DNA of 32,000 bases, taken from the NCBI GenBank assembly GCA_023265135.1, contig JAHFUM010000004.1, forward strand, positions 53,036-85,035, read 5' to 3'. Position numbers and translations under genes: made by a program. Position 1 is the stretch's first letter, and every line of letters begins with the position of its first letter. Source of the stretch: Nitrosarchaeum sp. (GTDB taxonomy: Archaea; Thermoproteota; Nitrososphaeria; Nitrososphaerales; Nitrosopumilaceae). Below the pieces are notes generated by a model. It had not been told where the DNA came from. It saw nothing but the letters and a program-made list of their open reading frames with translations, and did no database searches. Below, piece after piece: positions 17,673 through 25,340 of the stretch.

Positions 17673-17909
17673 TCATGAAAGCAATTCTTGAATTATGTAA
17701 TTTCGAACATATGCAAATTCCCATTCCTTCAAGCTGGCATTTTTGCATTCTTCTTTAATTATCAATCCAGCAAGTCCTTTACTCCAAATATGTCTATTTA
17801 CGTCATACACTTCTAAAATTTTACCATGTTTTGTAATTTTGATACTACCATGACATCTTTGGATAACTTTAGCAGCGACATTACGATACAAGATATCAAG
17901 ATTAGCCAT
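17673..17909 (-). CDS. Hypothetical protein
   Basis: 78-codon ATG ORF, convergent with the zinc-ribbon gene. No motif recognised. Confidence 0.4.
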   Translation of the reverse strand: MANLDILYRNVAAKVIQRCHGSIKITKHGKILEVYDVNRHIWSKGLAGLIIKEECKNASLKEWEFAYVRNYIIQELLS

Positions 17910-18002
17910 GAAAAGTCATTAGTTTTCAGCATATCAAAAATGTTATGATTTAAAAAGAAATATCGGTTATAATACTCATATATCTTAGAATGTAGAATAA
18001 AC

Positions 18003-18069
18003 AAATGCTGATGATTAATAGAAAAGCTATATCTGATTGCTGATGAGTTTGCCGAATTATGAAGCATTT
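18003..18069 (+). ncRNA. Candidate C/D-box sRNA (atypical)
   Basis: The box elements, in order:
- C box TGATGA at 18009-18014
- D-prime CTGA at 18033-18036
- C-prime TGATGA at 18041-18046
- a 12-nt spacer
- a D-like ATGA at 18059-18062

The flanking 6-bp terminal stem is aaatgc (18003-18008) paired with gcattt (18064-18069). A TATA-like catatat lies about 25 nt upstream. Two weaknesses: the D box is AUGA rather than CUGA, and the C to D-prime spacer is 18 nt rather than about 12. Confidence 0.35.
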
Positions 18070-18153
18070 ATCACATTTTAGAATTTCAAATAGAGAATAA
18101 TTTGGATAAGTTTAGAGATAAACATTACATATGCCAGAAAAAATTACAGAATA

Positions 18154-18714
18154 GTGGAAAATACAGACATTGTGTTAAATGCAAAAAAATTCGCCCAGGA
18201 AAAACATAAAAATCAAAAAAGAAAAGATGGGGTTACTCCATTTTATGATCATTTAGAAGGAGTTGTAAATAGACTCAAAAACTTGGGAGTAACAGATAAA
18301 GAGACATTATGCTCAGCCTGGCTTCATGACATCATTGAAGATACGGATGTTACTTTTGATCAGATAAATGAAAGATTTGGCAGAGAAGTAGCAGTGATTG
18401 TTTTATCACTATCAAAAGATAAAAGCATTCCAAAAAAAGACAGAGAAATCCAATATGCAAATCAGCTAAAAGATGTCCCATTCCAAACAAAAATTATCAA
18501 ATTATGTGACATATCTGCAAATCTAAAAGATTTAGCAAACGCACCAATCTCAAAAACTCAAAAAAACAAACAGATCAAAAAGATTTTGCATTATCTCCGA
18601 GTAATTAAAAATGACATATCAGAAAATAAATCGAAATACCCAAAAATTCAAGAGATCATTGATGGCATAAACACAATATGTATTAAATTTAATCAAAACC
18701 CTATTTTGATTTAG
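18154..18714 (+). CDS. HD-domain phosphohydrolase of the RelA/SpoT hydrolase type (small alarmone hydrolase-like)
   Basis: AKKFAQEKHKNQKRKDGVTPFYDHLEGVVNRL...CSAWLHDIIEDTDVTFDQINERFGREVAVIVLSLSKD matches the SpoT/Mesh1 HD hydrolase core. GTG start. Confidence 0.8.
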   Translation: MENTDIVLNAKKFAQEKHKNQKRKDGVTPFYDHLEGVVNRLKNLGVTDKETLCSAWLHDIIEDTDVTFDQINERFGREVAVIVLSLSKDKSIPKKDREIQYANQLKDVPFQTKIIKLCDISANLKDLANAPISKTQKNKQIKKILHYLRVIKNDISENKSKYPKIQEIIDGINTICIKFNQNPILI

Positions 18715-18823
18715 AATTAAGGGTTACAACTTTAACAGTTATTGAAAGTATGAAGGAGGATATTTGTGGATTAAAAAGAACAAAATTCCTTTAATACTAT
18801 AGTGAACAAGATGTTGTGAACAT

Positions 18824-19306
18824 ATGATATTAAACAACGCAGTTATAGGCGGATTGATTATAGGTGTAGTTGTGGCAGTCATAATGTCATCTGCTGCATT
18901 AGTGATGCTTGTTAATCTAAATAACAAATTAGATACAGTTGTAGATCATGAACAAAATAAAAATTTAGTGGTGGGAGCACCTGGCATCAATAAAAATGAA
19001 TTTTATATTTTTACACAAGAATTAAATGCAAATGAGGAAAAATTAGGTGTACCAGTAGCAGTGTTTTCACTAACAGAAATTACAGTACATAAAGGAGATA
19101 AAATCACGATTCACTTTATCAATGCAGCAGAAGAACCAGAAGATAGACATACGTTCACTATGGAATCACCATACAAAATGAATTATGAACTAGATGGTGG
19201 CGAAAGCACAACATTTAGTTTTACAGCTGACACAATAGGCACCTTCACGTATTATTGCACATATGATTTACCAAGCATGGTTGGACAGTTAGTAGTATTA
19301 CCATAA
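18824..19306 (+). CDS. Membrane-anchored cupredoxin-fold protein with incomplete type-1 copper ligand set
   Basis: N-terminal TM. ITVHKGDKITIHFINAAEEPEDRHTF...GTFTYYCTYDLPSMVGQLVV shows the His, Cys and Met positions of a plastocyanin-like site, but no His between Cys and Met. Confidence 0.7.
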   Translation: MILNNAVIGGLIIGVVVAVIMSSAALVMLVNLNNKLDTVVDHEQNKNLVVGAPGINKNEFYIFTQELNANEEKLGVPVAVFSLTEITVHKGDKITIHFINAAEEPEDRHTFTMESPYKMNYELDGGESTTFSFTADTIGTFTYYCTYDLPSMVGQLVVLP

Positions 19307-19379
19307 CCTCAACTATTGAATAGAATTATTTTTTCACTTTTGCAAGATATCAACATGTGATATTATTATCTAGTAATTT

Positions 19380-19805
19380 TTAAGCTTCCATGTGTTCTTT
19401 AAGGAGATTTTTACGAACTAGAATTGGGATGTTATACAATGCACCCAAAGCCATGGCATCCGATGCACGATAATTTCGTAGTACCATATCTTTTTTTCCA
19501 GTAAAATAGAGATTGGCACGCAATACCTCTCCACTTTCATAGATTTTGACTTTGACTAAAATCAATTCATTCTCCTCACATATTTCTTCCATCATTTTGT
19601 AAATTGATGGTACTGATTCCCCTGAACTTTCAACAAAACTGGATATATGTCTTGCAACTTCACCAGAAAATGCTCTCATATGGAATTCTTTACCGTCATC
19701 ACCTTTTAGAACCAACATTCCTTCAACAGCATAAGGATCTACAAATCCAACATAATCAATTTTGACCGATTCATAATCAGGCTCTTGTGCTTGATCAATT
19801 TCCAT
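19380..19805 (-). CDS. DUF151 / bifunctional-nuclease-domain protein
   Basis: MLVLKGDDGKEFHMRAFSGEVARHI...LILVKVKIYESGEVLRANLYF...RASDAMALGALYNIPILV follows the BFN/DUF151 pattern. Confidence 0.75.
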   Translation of the reverse strand: MEIDQAQEPDYESVKIDYVGFVDPYAVEGMLVLKGDDGKEFHMRAFSGEVARHISSFVESSGESVPSIYKMMEEICEENELILVKVKIYESGEVLRANLYFTGKKDMVLRNYRASDAMALGALYNIPILVRKNLLKEHMEA

Positions 19806-19941
19806 AATACGCTTAATCTTCCAGTTCAGTCCTTATAAATATACTAAAATGAATTGATTGAGACAGTGTTAATTTTTTTATAACAATCTAAACAAGTGTG
19901 CAACCCCAAATTATTTAACGCCAACAATTAAGGGAAGCTTG

Positions 19942-21759
19942 ATGTCGATAAACCCTGAACGTTCAGTATCATATGTTCTAACAAAACATGTCTCATCATA
20001 CATGAGTAAAGATTTCCTGTTGTTAAATCAAAATACGTTAATTAGTGAATCAGCTAGAATGCTTCAAGATTCTGAGAGAGATGATATCATTGTAATTAAC
20101 GATAACCATGAACCGATCGGAATCGTTACAGATGAAGACATCATAAATAAAATAAACGAAATCACAACATATGGAAAAACGGCATCTTTGAAAGATATCA
20201 TGTCTGCACCATTGATTACAATTACTGAAAAAACGACATTACAGGTAGCCCTCCATAAAATGAGAGATAGTAAAATTAGGAAATTACCAGTCGTATCTAA
20301 GAAAAAGCAAGTCGTGGGGATAATTTTTCAGGGTACTATTGCAAATGTGATAAGAGATGCAACTGCTACTGCCCCTCATCTATTTAGTCCTCCCGTGAAA
20401 GCAATTTTAGGGAATTTAGGATTTGTATTACAATTTGCAGGGGTTTTGTTACTAGTTCCTGCAATAGTGTCAACAGTATTAGGGGAAACATTGACAGCTG
20501 CAGGAATTTATCTGACAACAGTACTTTTGCTTGTAACTGGATTTTTCCTCAATGCGTATGGAGAAAAAGCAAGCCTGAATATTCAACAAGCATCAATTCT
20601 CGTGTTATCAAGTTTGTTGATATTGTCATTATTTGGAACAATTCCATACCTGTATGTAATGCCAAGTGGAGAATCATCAGCAGATGGGTTTGTCAATTCT
20701 TTCTTTTCAAGCGTATCGGGATTTACCACATCAGGCCTAACATTAATTGATGAGCCAGAAAACCTGCCTCAAGGTTTTACTTTCTATAGGAGTTTCACAC
20801 AATTAATCGGTGGAATGAGTTTTATTTATTTGGTAATCACAGCGTTTTATCCAGAATCAAAAATTCAATCACTTAGAGGTTTTATTTCAGGTAGATCATT
20901 GCACATGCGAGAGCTTTTTGGAACCATCACAATAATTTTTACATTATACATTGTAATTGTTGTAATTTTATTCTATTTATTTGGAGAGAGGAACGTAATT
21001 AACAACTTTGCATTGGCAATAAGCGCATTTGCAACTGGTGGATTTTTACCTACATCTACAATTTTGAATAATCTTGATTGGCAAGAGCAGATGATTTTAA
21101 TGAGTGCAATGATATTTGGGGCATTACCATTTACATTTCACTATTCATTTGTCAGAAAAAAATTCCTATCGCCAAAACTCGGCAAAGAAGTATTAGCTTA
21201 TTTCATAATATTAGGTTGTGCAATAATATTATTTATTTTATTTAGCGGATTAGATCCTTTAACAAGTGCGTTTTATTCAATATCGGCAAGTACAACATCG
21301 GGATTACATTCACAAAACCCGGTAAATTTCAATTCAGCAACACATGCAATTTTGATAGTATTAATGATCATAGGAGGATGTGGTTTTTCAACGGCTGGAG
21401 GGATCAAGGTTTTTAGATTATTACAATTAAGAGAGGTAAGAAAATTATTTAGCAAAATAACTCGATCGGAACTAGCACCACAGAGAAAAAAAGAGATGAC
21501 ATCATCAATGTTAATAATAATAATATTTTTTGGGACCATATACATAACAGCAGTATATTTAACAACAATTGAAAATACAAATTTTGAGAATGCATTCTTT
21601 GAATCAACTTCTATAATTACTACCACAGGATTAACTTCAGACATTGTGGATTTGAAGACAGACGATTCAGTCAAAATGGTGATAAGTTTACTGATGATAA
21701 TTGGAAGGATGGAAATTATTGGCATAATTTACATTTTTGTGCCTAGATTGAGCCAATAA
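19942..21759 (+). CDS. trkH: TrkH/KtrB-family cation transporter with N-terminal CBS-pair fusion
   Basis: Residues about 15-140 form two CBS motifs (IGIVTDEDIINKI and VVGIIFQGTI ends). The body has four pore-loop motifs (GFTTSGLT, ATGGFLPT, STTSGLHS, TTTGLTSD). The ATG at 19942 follows the TTG at 19939. Confidence 0.9.
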   Translation: MSINPERSVSYVLTKHVSSYMSKDFLLLNQNTLISESARMLQDSERDDIIVINDNHEPIGIVTDEDIINKINEITTYGKTASLKDIMSAPLITITEKTTLQVALHKMRDSKIRKLPVVSKKKQVVGIIFQGTIANVIRDATATAPHLFSPPVKAILGNLGFVLQFAGVLLLVPAIVSTVLGETLTAAGIYLTTVLLLVTGFFLNAYGEKASLNIQQASILVLSSLLILSLFGTIPYLYVMPSGESSADGFVNSFFSSVSGFTTSGLTLIDEPENLPQGFTFYRSFTQLIGGMSFIYLVITAFYPESKIQSLRGFISGRSLHMRELFGTITIIFTLYIVIVVILFYLFGERNVINNFALAISAFATGGFLPTSTILNNLDWQEQMILMSAMIFGALPFTFHYSFVRKKFLSPKLGKEVLAYFIILGCAIILFILFSGLDPLTSAFYSISASTTSGLHSQNPVNFNSATHAILIVLMIIGGCGFSTAGGIKVFRLLQLREVRKLFSKITRSELAPQRKKEMTSSMLIIIIFFGTIYITAVYLTTIENTNFENAFFESTSIITTTGLTSDIVDLKTDDSVKMVISLLMIIGRMEIIGIIYIFVPRLSQ

Positions 21760-21807
21760 ACATTCTAAAATACAGAATAGAATTAATTCCATAGCATCAA
21801 TCGAAAA

Positions 21808-22635
21808 ATGTTGGAAAAGCAAATAATCGGACATAGTGGAAAAAAATTAATGATTTTAGGATTTGTAACGGTAGCAATCATATTCACAATATATTCGAGA
21901 TATCAAGATCCAGAGACATACACACCTGATTCAATGGATTCAATTCAAAGAATTGCATATGGTTTTTACATAATACTGATAACAGCATTTGGGGCCATCA
22001 CATATGGAATTTATCTATATCTCAGGGAAAAAGTAGAAAAAAATGAAAAAAACATCACAACAATTATTGCATTAAGTGTATCAACTACAAGAGCCAGAAA
22101 AATTTTTGTGATTACATTTGTTATTTATGGCATATTCTTTTCATTAATATCTGGCACATTGGTATATCAACCAGAGATAAATTTTGTAACACATTACGGA
22201 GCAACAATACCATCCGGATTTGTGTCACCTTGTTGTGACATTCCTGGATATATGCCAAAGATCATAGTGTATTTAACAGAACATGTAGGATTACAAATAA
22301 TCCCCATCAATTTAGTGTTACAAGTAGTTGTATCATATTTAGTAGGGCTAAACATGGCTCTTGCATCTAGTGCATATACAATATCAAAAAAAGGAAGAGG
22401 AATTAGCACAATTGGAGCTGCAGCAGGATTGTTCATAGCATGTCCGACGTGTGCAGGAACATTTATGTCAATTTTTATAGGAACAGCAAGTGGAATTGCG
22501 TTATCAATTGCGCTAACAGAATTACAAACACTATTCATTGCATTATCAATTCCAGTGTTATTAGTGACTCCATTCATAATGGCAAAAAAATTGAGAAACG
22601 CTGACGGTAGCTGTAAAATCAATCCTACAAAATAA
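21808..22635 (+). CDS. Polytopic membrane protein with SPCCDIP and ACPTCAG cysteine motifs
   Basis: 275 aa with about 6-7 hydrophobic segments. A vicinal Cys pair and a CxxC both lie at membrane-segment edges. It sits 48 bp downstream of trkH on the same strand. Confidence 0.7.
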   Translation: MLEKQIIGHSGKKLMILGFVTVAIIFTIYSRYQDPETYTPDSMDSIQRIAYGFYIILITAFGAITYGIYLYLREKVEKNEKNITTIIALSVSTTRARKIFVITFVIYGIFFSLISGTLVYQPEINFVTHYGATIPSGFVSPCCDIPGYMPKIIVYLTEHVGLQIIPINLVLQVVVSYLVGLNMALASSAYTISKKGRGISTIGAAAGLFIACPTCAGTFMSIFIGTASGIALSIALTELQTLFIALSIPVLLVTPFIMAKKLRNADGSCKINPTK

Positions 22636-23040
22636 ATTTTTTGACCTCAGGAATTTTATTATTTCCTATGTCATACCCATCTCTTTTAAGAAATTTTAAA
22701 GTAAATTTGTAAATTAATTCATCATGTTCCAATTCTCTGTCCAGAAAAGTTTATCATGTTTTTCAGTGATCCTGAAATGCAGGGTTTAAGGATTCAGTAA
22801 TTTCCTTACACTGATCAAAAGTTTTCCCATTTTTGTATGCACAGATTCTAGTATCACACTAATCAATAATACACGGTAAATGAAATTCTAAATAAACCTA
22901 GAACATGATAATTAGAATTTTTTATAAATTAATAATTTTGTATATTAACAATAGGGCATATTTAGGATTATTCAACAAATTACAAGATTAGCAATCAAAA
23001 CGATAAGTTAAATCAAATACTAGAAATCTACAATTAAAAC

Positions 23041-23274
23041 ATGGGAATAAAAACATCAATAGATTATGTGGAATTTTACATAAATCTAGAAATGCAAAAC
23101 AGTGTTAGTTTTTTGAGTTTCATAAATAATGAGAAAATGGTTTTAAAACACAAATTAGAAAACAAAAAATCAGATAAAGATCCTATTTTAAACGGAATTA
23201 GAATTTTAGAAAAACTGACAGATGAGATTAAAAAAAATGGAGAGAAAGAAGTTTTAGAAAAATATAGAAAATAA
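23041..23274 (+). CDS. Hypothetical small helical protein
   Basis: 77-codon ATG ORF, 99 bp upstream of and co-directional with a wHTH gene. No motif recognised. Confidence 0.4.
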   Translation: MGIKTSIDYVEFYINLEMQNSVSFLSFINNEKMVLKHKLENKKSDKDPILNGIRILEKLTDEIKKNGEKEVLEKYRK

Positions 23275-23373
23275 AAGTAAGAAATTTATAAAATTAACCA
23301 AAGCAGACAAACAAAGCAAAAAAAACAAGAGCAAGATCGTACATTTAAGTAAATGAATTTCATATGAAATAAG

Positions 23374-23940
23374 ATGGTTGCAGACTCAAATATTATCCGA
23401 ATAGAAATTTTACGTGTTTTAAATGAAAGTGGAAAAATTCGTGGAAGCGAGCTGACTAGTAGGGTGATAAAAAAGGTTGGAAATGAAAAAATGGTGCACC
23501 GAGAAATCAGTTTACTGGTAGAATCAGGAGAGATAGAAAAAAAAATGTACAGCAAATCACATATCGAATATGAATTAATCAACATATCAGAAACGGTAAA
23601 TAATCAACTCAAAAGCGTTCACAAGGAAATTGAAATGATTTTTGAAGAGATTAAAGAGTTCGAGCAAGCTATTCAGCAAAATAAAATTGAATTCCAAGAA
23701 AGACTAAGAGCAACAATCCATTTCATACATATTGTTCAATCTACGGATGGAGTAATGAAACTTTTGTCACATTATCCTACATTTAAAAAAGATAAAATGT
23801 TTTCACAGATCACCAGAAAAATCAGTGATTGCTGGGAAAGTATAATGGAAAGCATTGTCCATCAGCCTGAAGAAGAATTTCTCAACGAAGTGATAGCAAA
23901 TTTGCGAATATCACAAATAAGTTCACACAGTGTAAACTAA
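23374..23940 (+). CDS. Winged-helix regulator with helical C-terminal domain
   Basis: N-terminal IEILRVLNESGKIRGSELTSRVIKKVGNEKMVHREISLLVESGEIEKK looks wHTH-like. Its architecture parallels the ORF at 27818-28399. Confidence 0.55.
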   Translation: MVADSNIIRIEILRVLNESGKIRGSELTSRVIKKVGNEKMVHREISLLVESGEIEKKMYSKSHIEYELINISETVNNQLKSVHKEIEMIFEEIKEFEQAIQQNKIEFQERLRATIHFIHIVQSTDGVMKLLSHYPTFKKDKMFSQITRKISDCWESIMESIVHQPEEEFLNEVIANLRISQISSHSVN

Positions 23941-23962
23941 ATGAAGTCCCAGAGTATTAATA

Positions 23963-24250
23963 TCAAATAATTTGTTTTAGTTTTTCCAGGACGATTTTAA
24001 AAATCTCGTCATTATCAAGCAAGATAAAGGGTAAATTGTTTTCTTCACATGCTTGACCGCTTTCAGTATCTCTAGTAACTAAAACCATGTCATTTTCTTT
24101 TGCAAAATTAATCACAGAATAATCAGTACGTAATTTATAACCATCAGTACGTAATTTTTTTACACTGTAAGCATCATAACCCATCTTACGAAGCTTATCA
24201 TCCCAACCATCATCCATCTCATCAATTAAAATTTTAATAGGTTTTGACAT
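23963..24250 (-). CDS. PIN-like Mut7-C/DUF5615-type small nuclease-domain protein (orphan toxin-like)
   Basis: KILIDEMDDGWDDKLRKMGYDAYSV...INFAKENDMVLVTRDTE follows the Mut7-C/DUF5615 pattern (xLxDxML..LxxxLRxxGYDA ... LTRD). It contains a 21-bp in-frame duplication. Confidence 0.55.
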   Translation of the reverse strand: MSKPIKILIDEMDDGWDDKLRKMGYDAYSVKKLRTDGYKLRTDYSVINFAKENDMVLVTRDTESGQACEENNLPFILLDNDEIFKIVLEKLKQII

Positions 24251-24452
24251 GAATTGATCTAATCAAATTTCAATATTAGTGTAAATAATTATGTTAAAAA
24301 TATGATGTGTAGAAATTGGAAGTCATATGATTTGTGAATTTAAAAAATACAATCGAGTTTAATCTGCAAAGAACATAATAAAATAGGTCAGAAAATTAAA
24401 ATTAGATTCAACAATGAAATTAGAATCCATTCATTCAGATTATTTGACATAA

Positions 24453-24812
24453 CTAATCATGATAATTTTGAGATAAATCATACAAGTTTTCACAAAAAAG
24501 AGTGAGCCTAACGGGCATAACACCATCAAACCAAGAAAGTTCTTTATCAACATTATAACCCTTAAAAAATGATTTTAGGTATGCCTTAGATTTGAGAAAA
24601 GTAATTTCATTTTCAAATAATTGTTTTACTTGATTTTGCCCCTCTAATGTAAGATTATAGTGGCAAGTCATCAAATCAATTTGAACATAATAATTTCCAT
24701 TACTAGGATTTATTCGTGCTTTGATGAAAGGCTGGTTATTTTGTTGGCATTCTTTATAATATTTGCCATACTCGAACATTTTGGAATCTGCAATGAATTT
24801 TTTCAGAGCCAT
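24453..24812 (-). CDS. Hypothetical protein
   Basis: 119-codon ATG ORF, 25 bp downstream of the 24838-25215 gene. No motif recognised. Confidence 0.5.
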   Translation of the reverse strand: MALKKFIADSKMFEYGKYYKECQQNNQPFIKARINPSNGNYYVQIDLMTCHYNLTLEGQNQVKQLFENEITFLKSKAYLKSFFKGYNVDKELSWFDGVMPVRLTLFCENLYDLSQNYHD

Positions 24813-24837
24813 TTCATGAAAATATGAATATTTAGAA

Positions 24838-25215
24838 TTAAAGGTCTGCTGTAATTTTTTTAATTTTTGTGATTATGCGAATTTTTGTATCAATTGCCAT
24901 TTCAGGTTCCATAGTAAAATAAACAGTATTTCTTTTAGCGTAAGTTACCATTTGAGTCACTTTTTCCCTTTCAACATGAACATAACGAACCTTCCCCAGT
25001 GTTCTGTCAAATTCTTGTCTCATTTTTCTTCTCTGTGCAACCTGTTTGCAAAAGTGCTCTTCCTCTTTTTGAGTTTTTAATGATGTTTTTCCACTTTTCA
25101 TAATTCCCTCTTTGATGTTGCCTTTGAGATCAATGATCGCAGCAAATCTCATTTTAGGATCTAAGTTAATCATAGATTCAACAATTTTTAGGAGATCAAT
25201 TTTTGCATCCTTCAT
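24838..25215 (-). CDS. Hypothetical protein, possibly Roadblock/LC7-like fold
   Basis: 125 aa. MRFAAIIDLKGNIKEG... and the later beta-rich VRYVHVEREKVTQMVTYAKRNTVYFTME weakly resemble Roadblock/MglB-type proteins. Confidence 0.45.
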   Translation of the reverse strand: MKDAKIDLLKIVESMINLDPKMRFAAIIDLKGNIKEGIMKSGKTSLKTQKEEEHFCKQVAQRRKMRQEFDRTLGKVRYVHVEREKVTQMVTYAKRNTVYFTMEPEMAIDTKIRIITKIKKITADL

Positions 25216-25340
25216 GATAAAAGTGAAAGTAAATTTACTAAATATATTCTATTGAAGTATTTCAAATTTGGATAATGCCAGAAGATTCAAGAAATTCAAT
25301 ATCATTTGTAGATAGATTATGTGGAATTAGTTATCTGTAC

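Noticed and set aside
17813-18067. 84-aa minus-strand ORF overlapping the 17673-17909 gene start and the spacer
   Set aside because: Its composition is typical of AT-rich antisense translation. It overlaps a better ORF and the C/D-box candidate.
21273-22622. Two long antisense ORFs (150 aa at 21273-21725 and 142 aa at 22194-22622) opposite trkH and the Cys-motif membrane gene
   Set aside because: They are surprisingly long for an AT-rich genome, but the sense genes have clear family motifs or TM structure. The antisense products are I/N/V-rich with no motifs. Only ribosome profiling could revive them.
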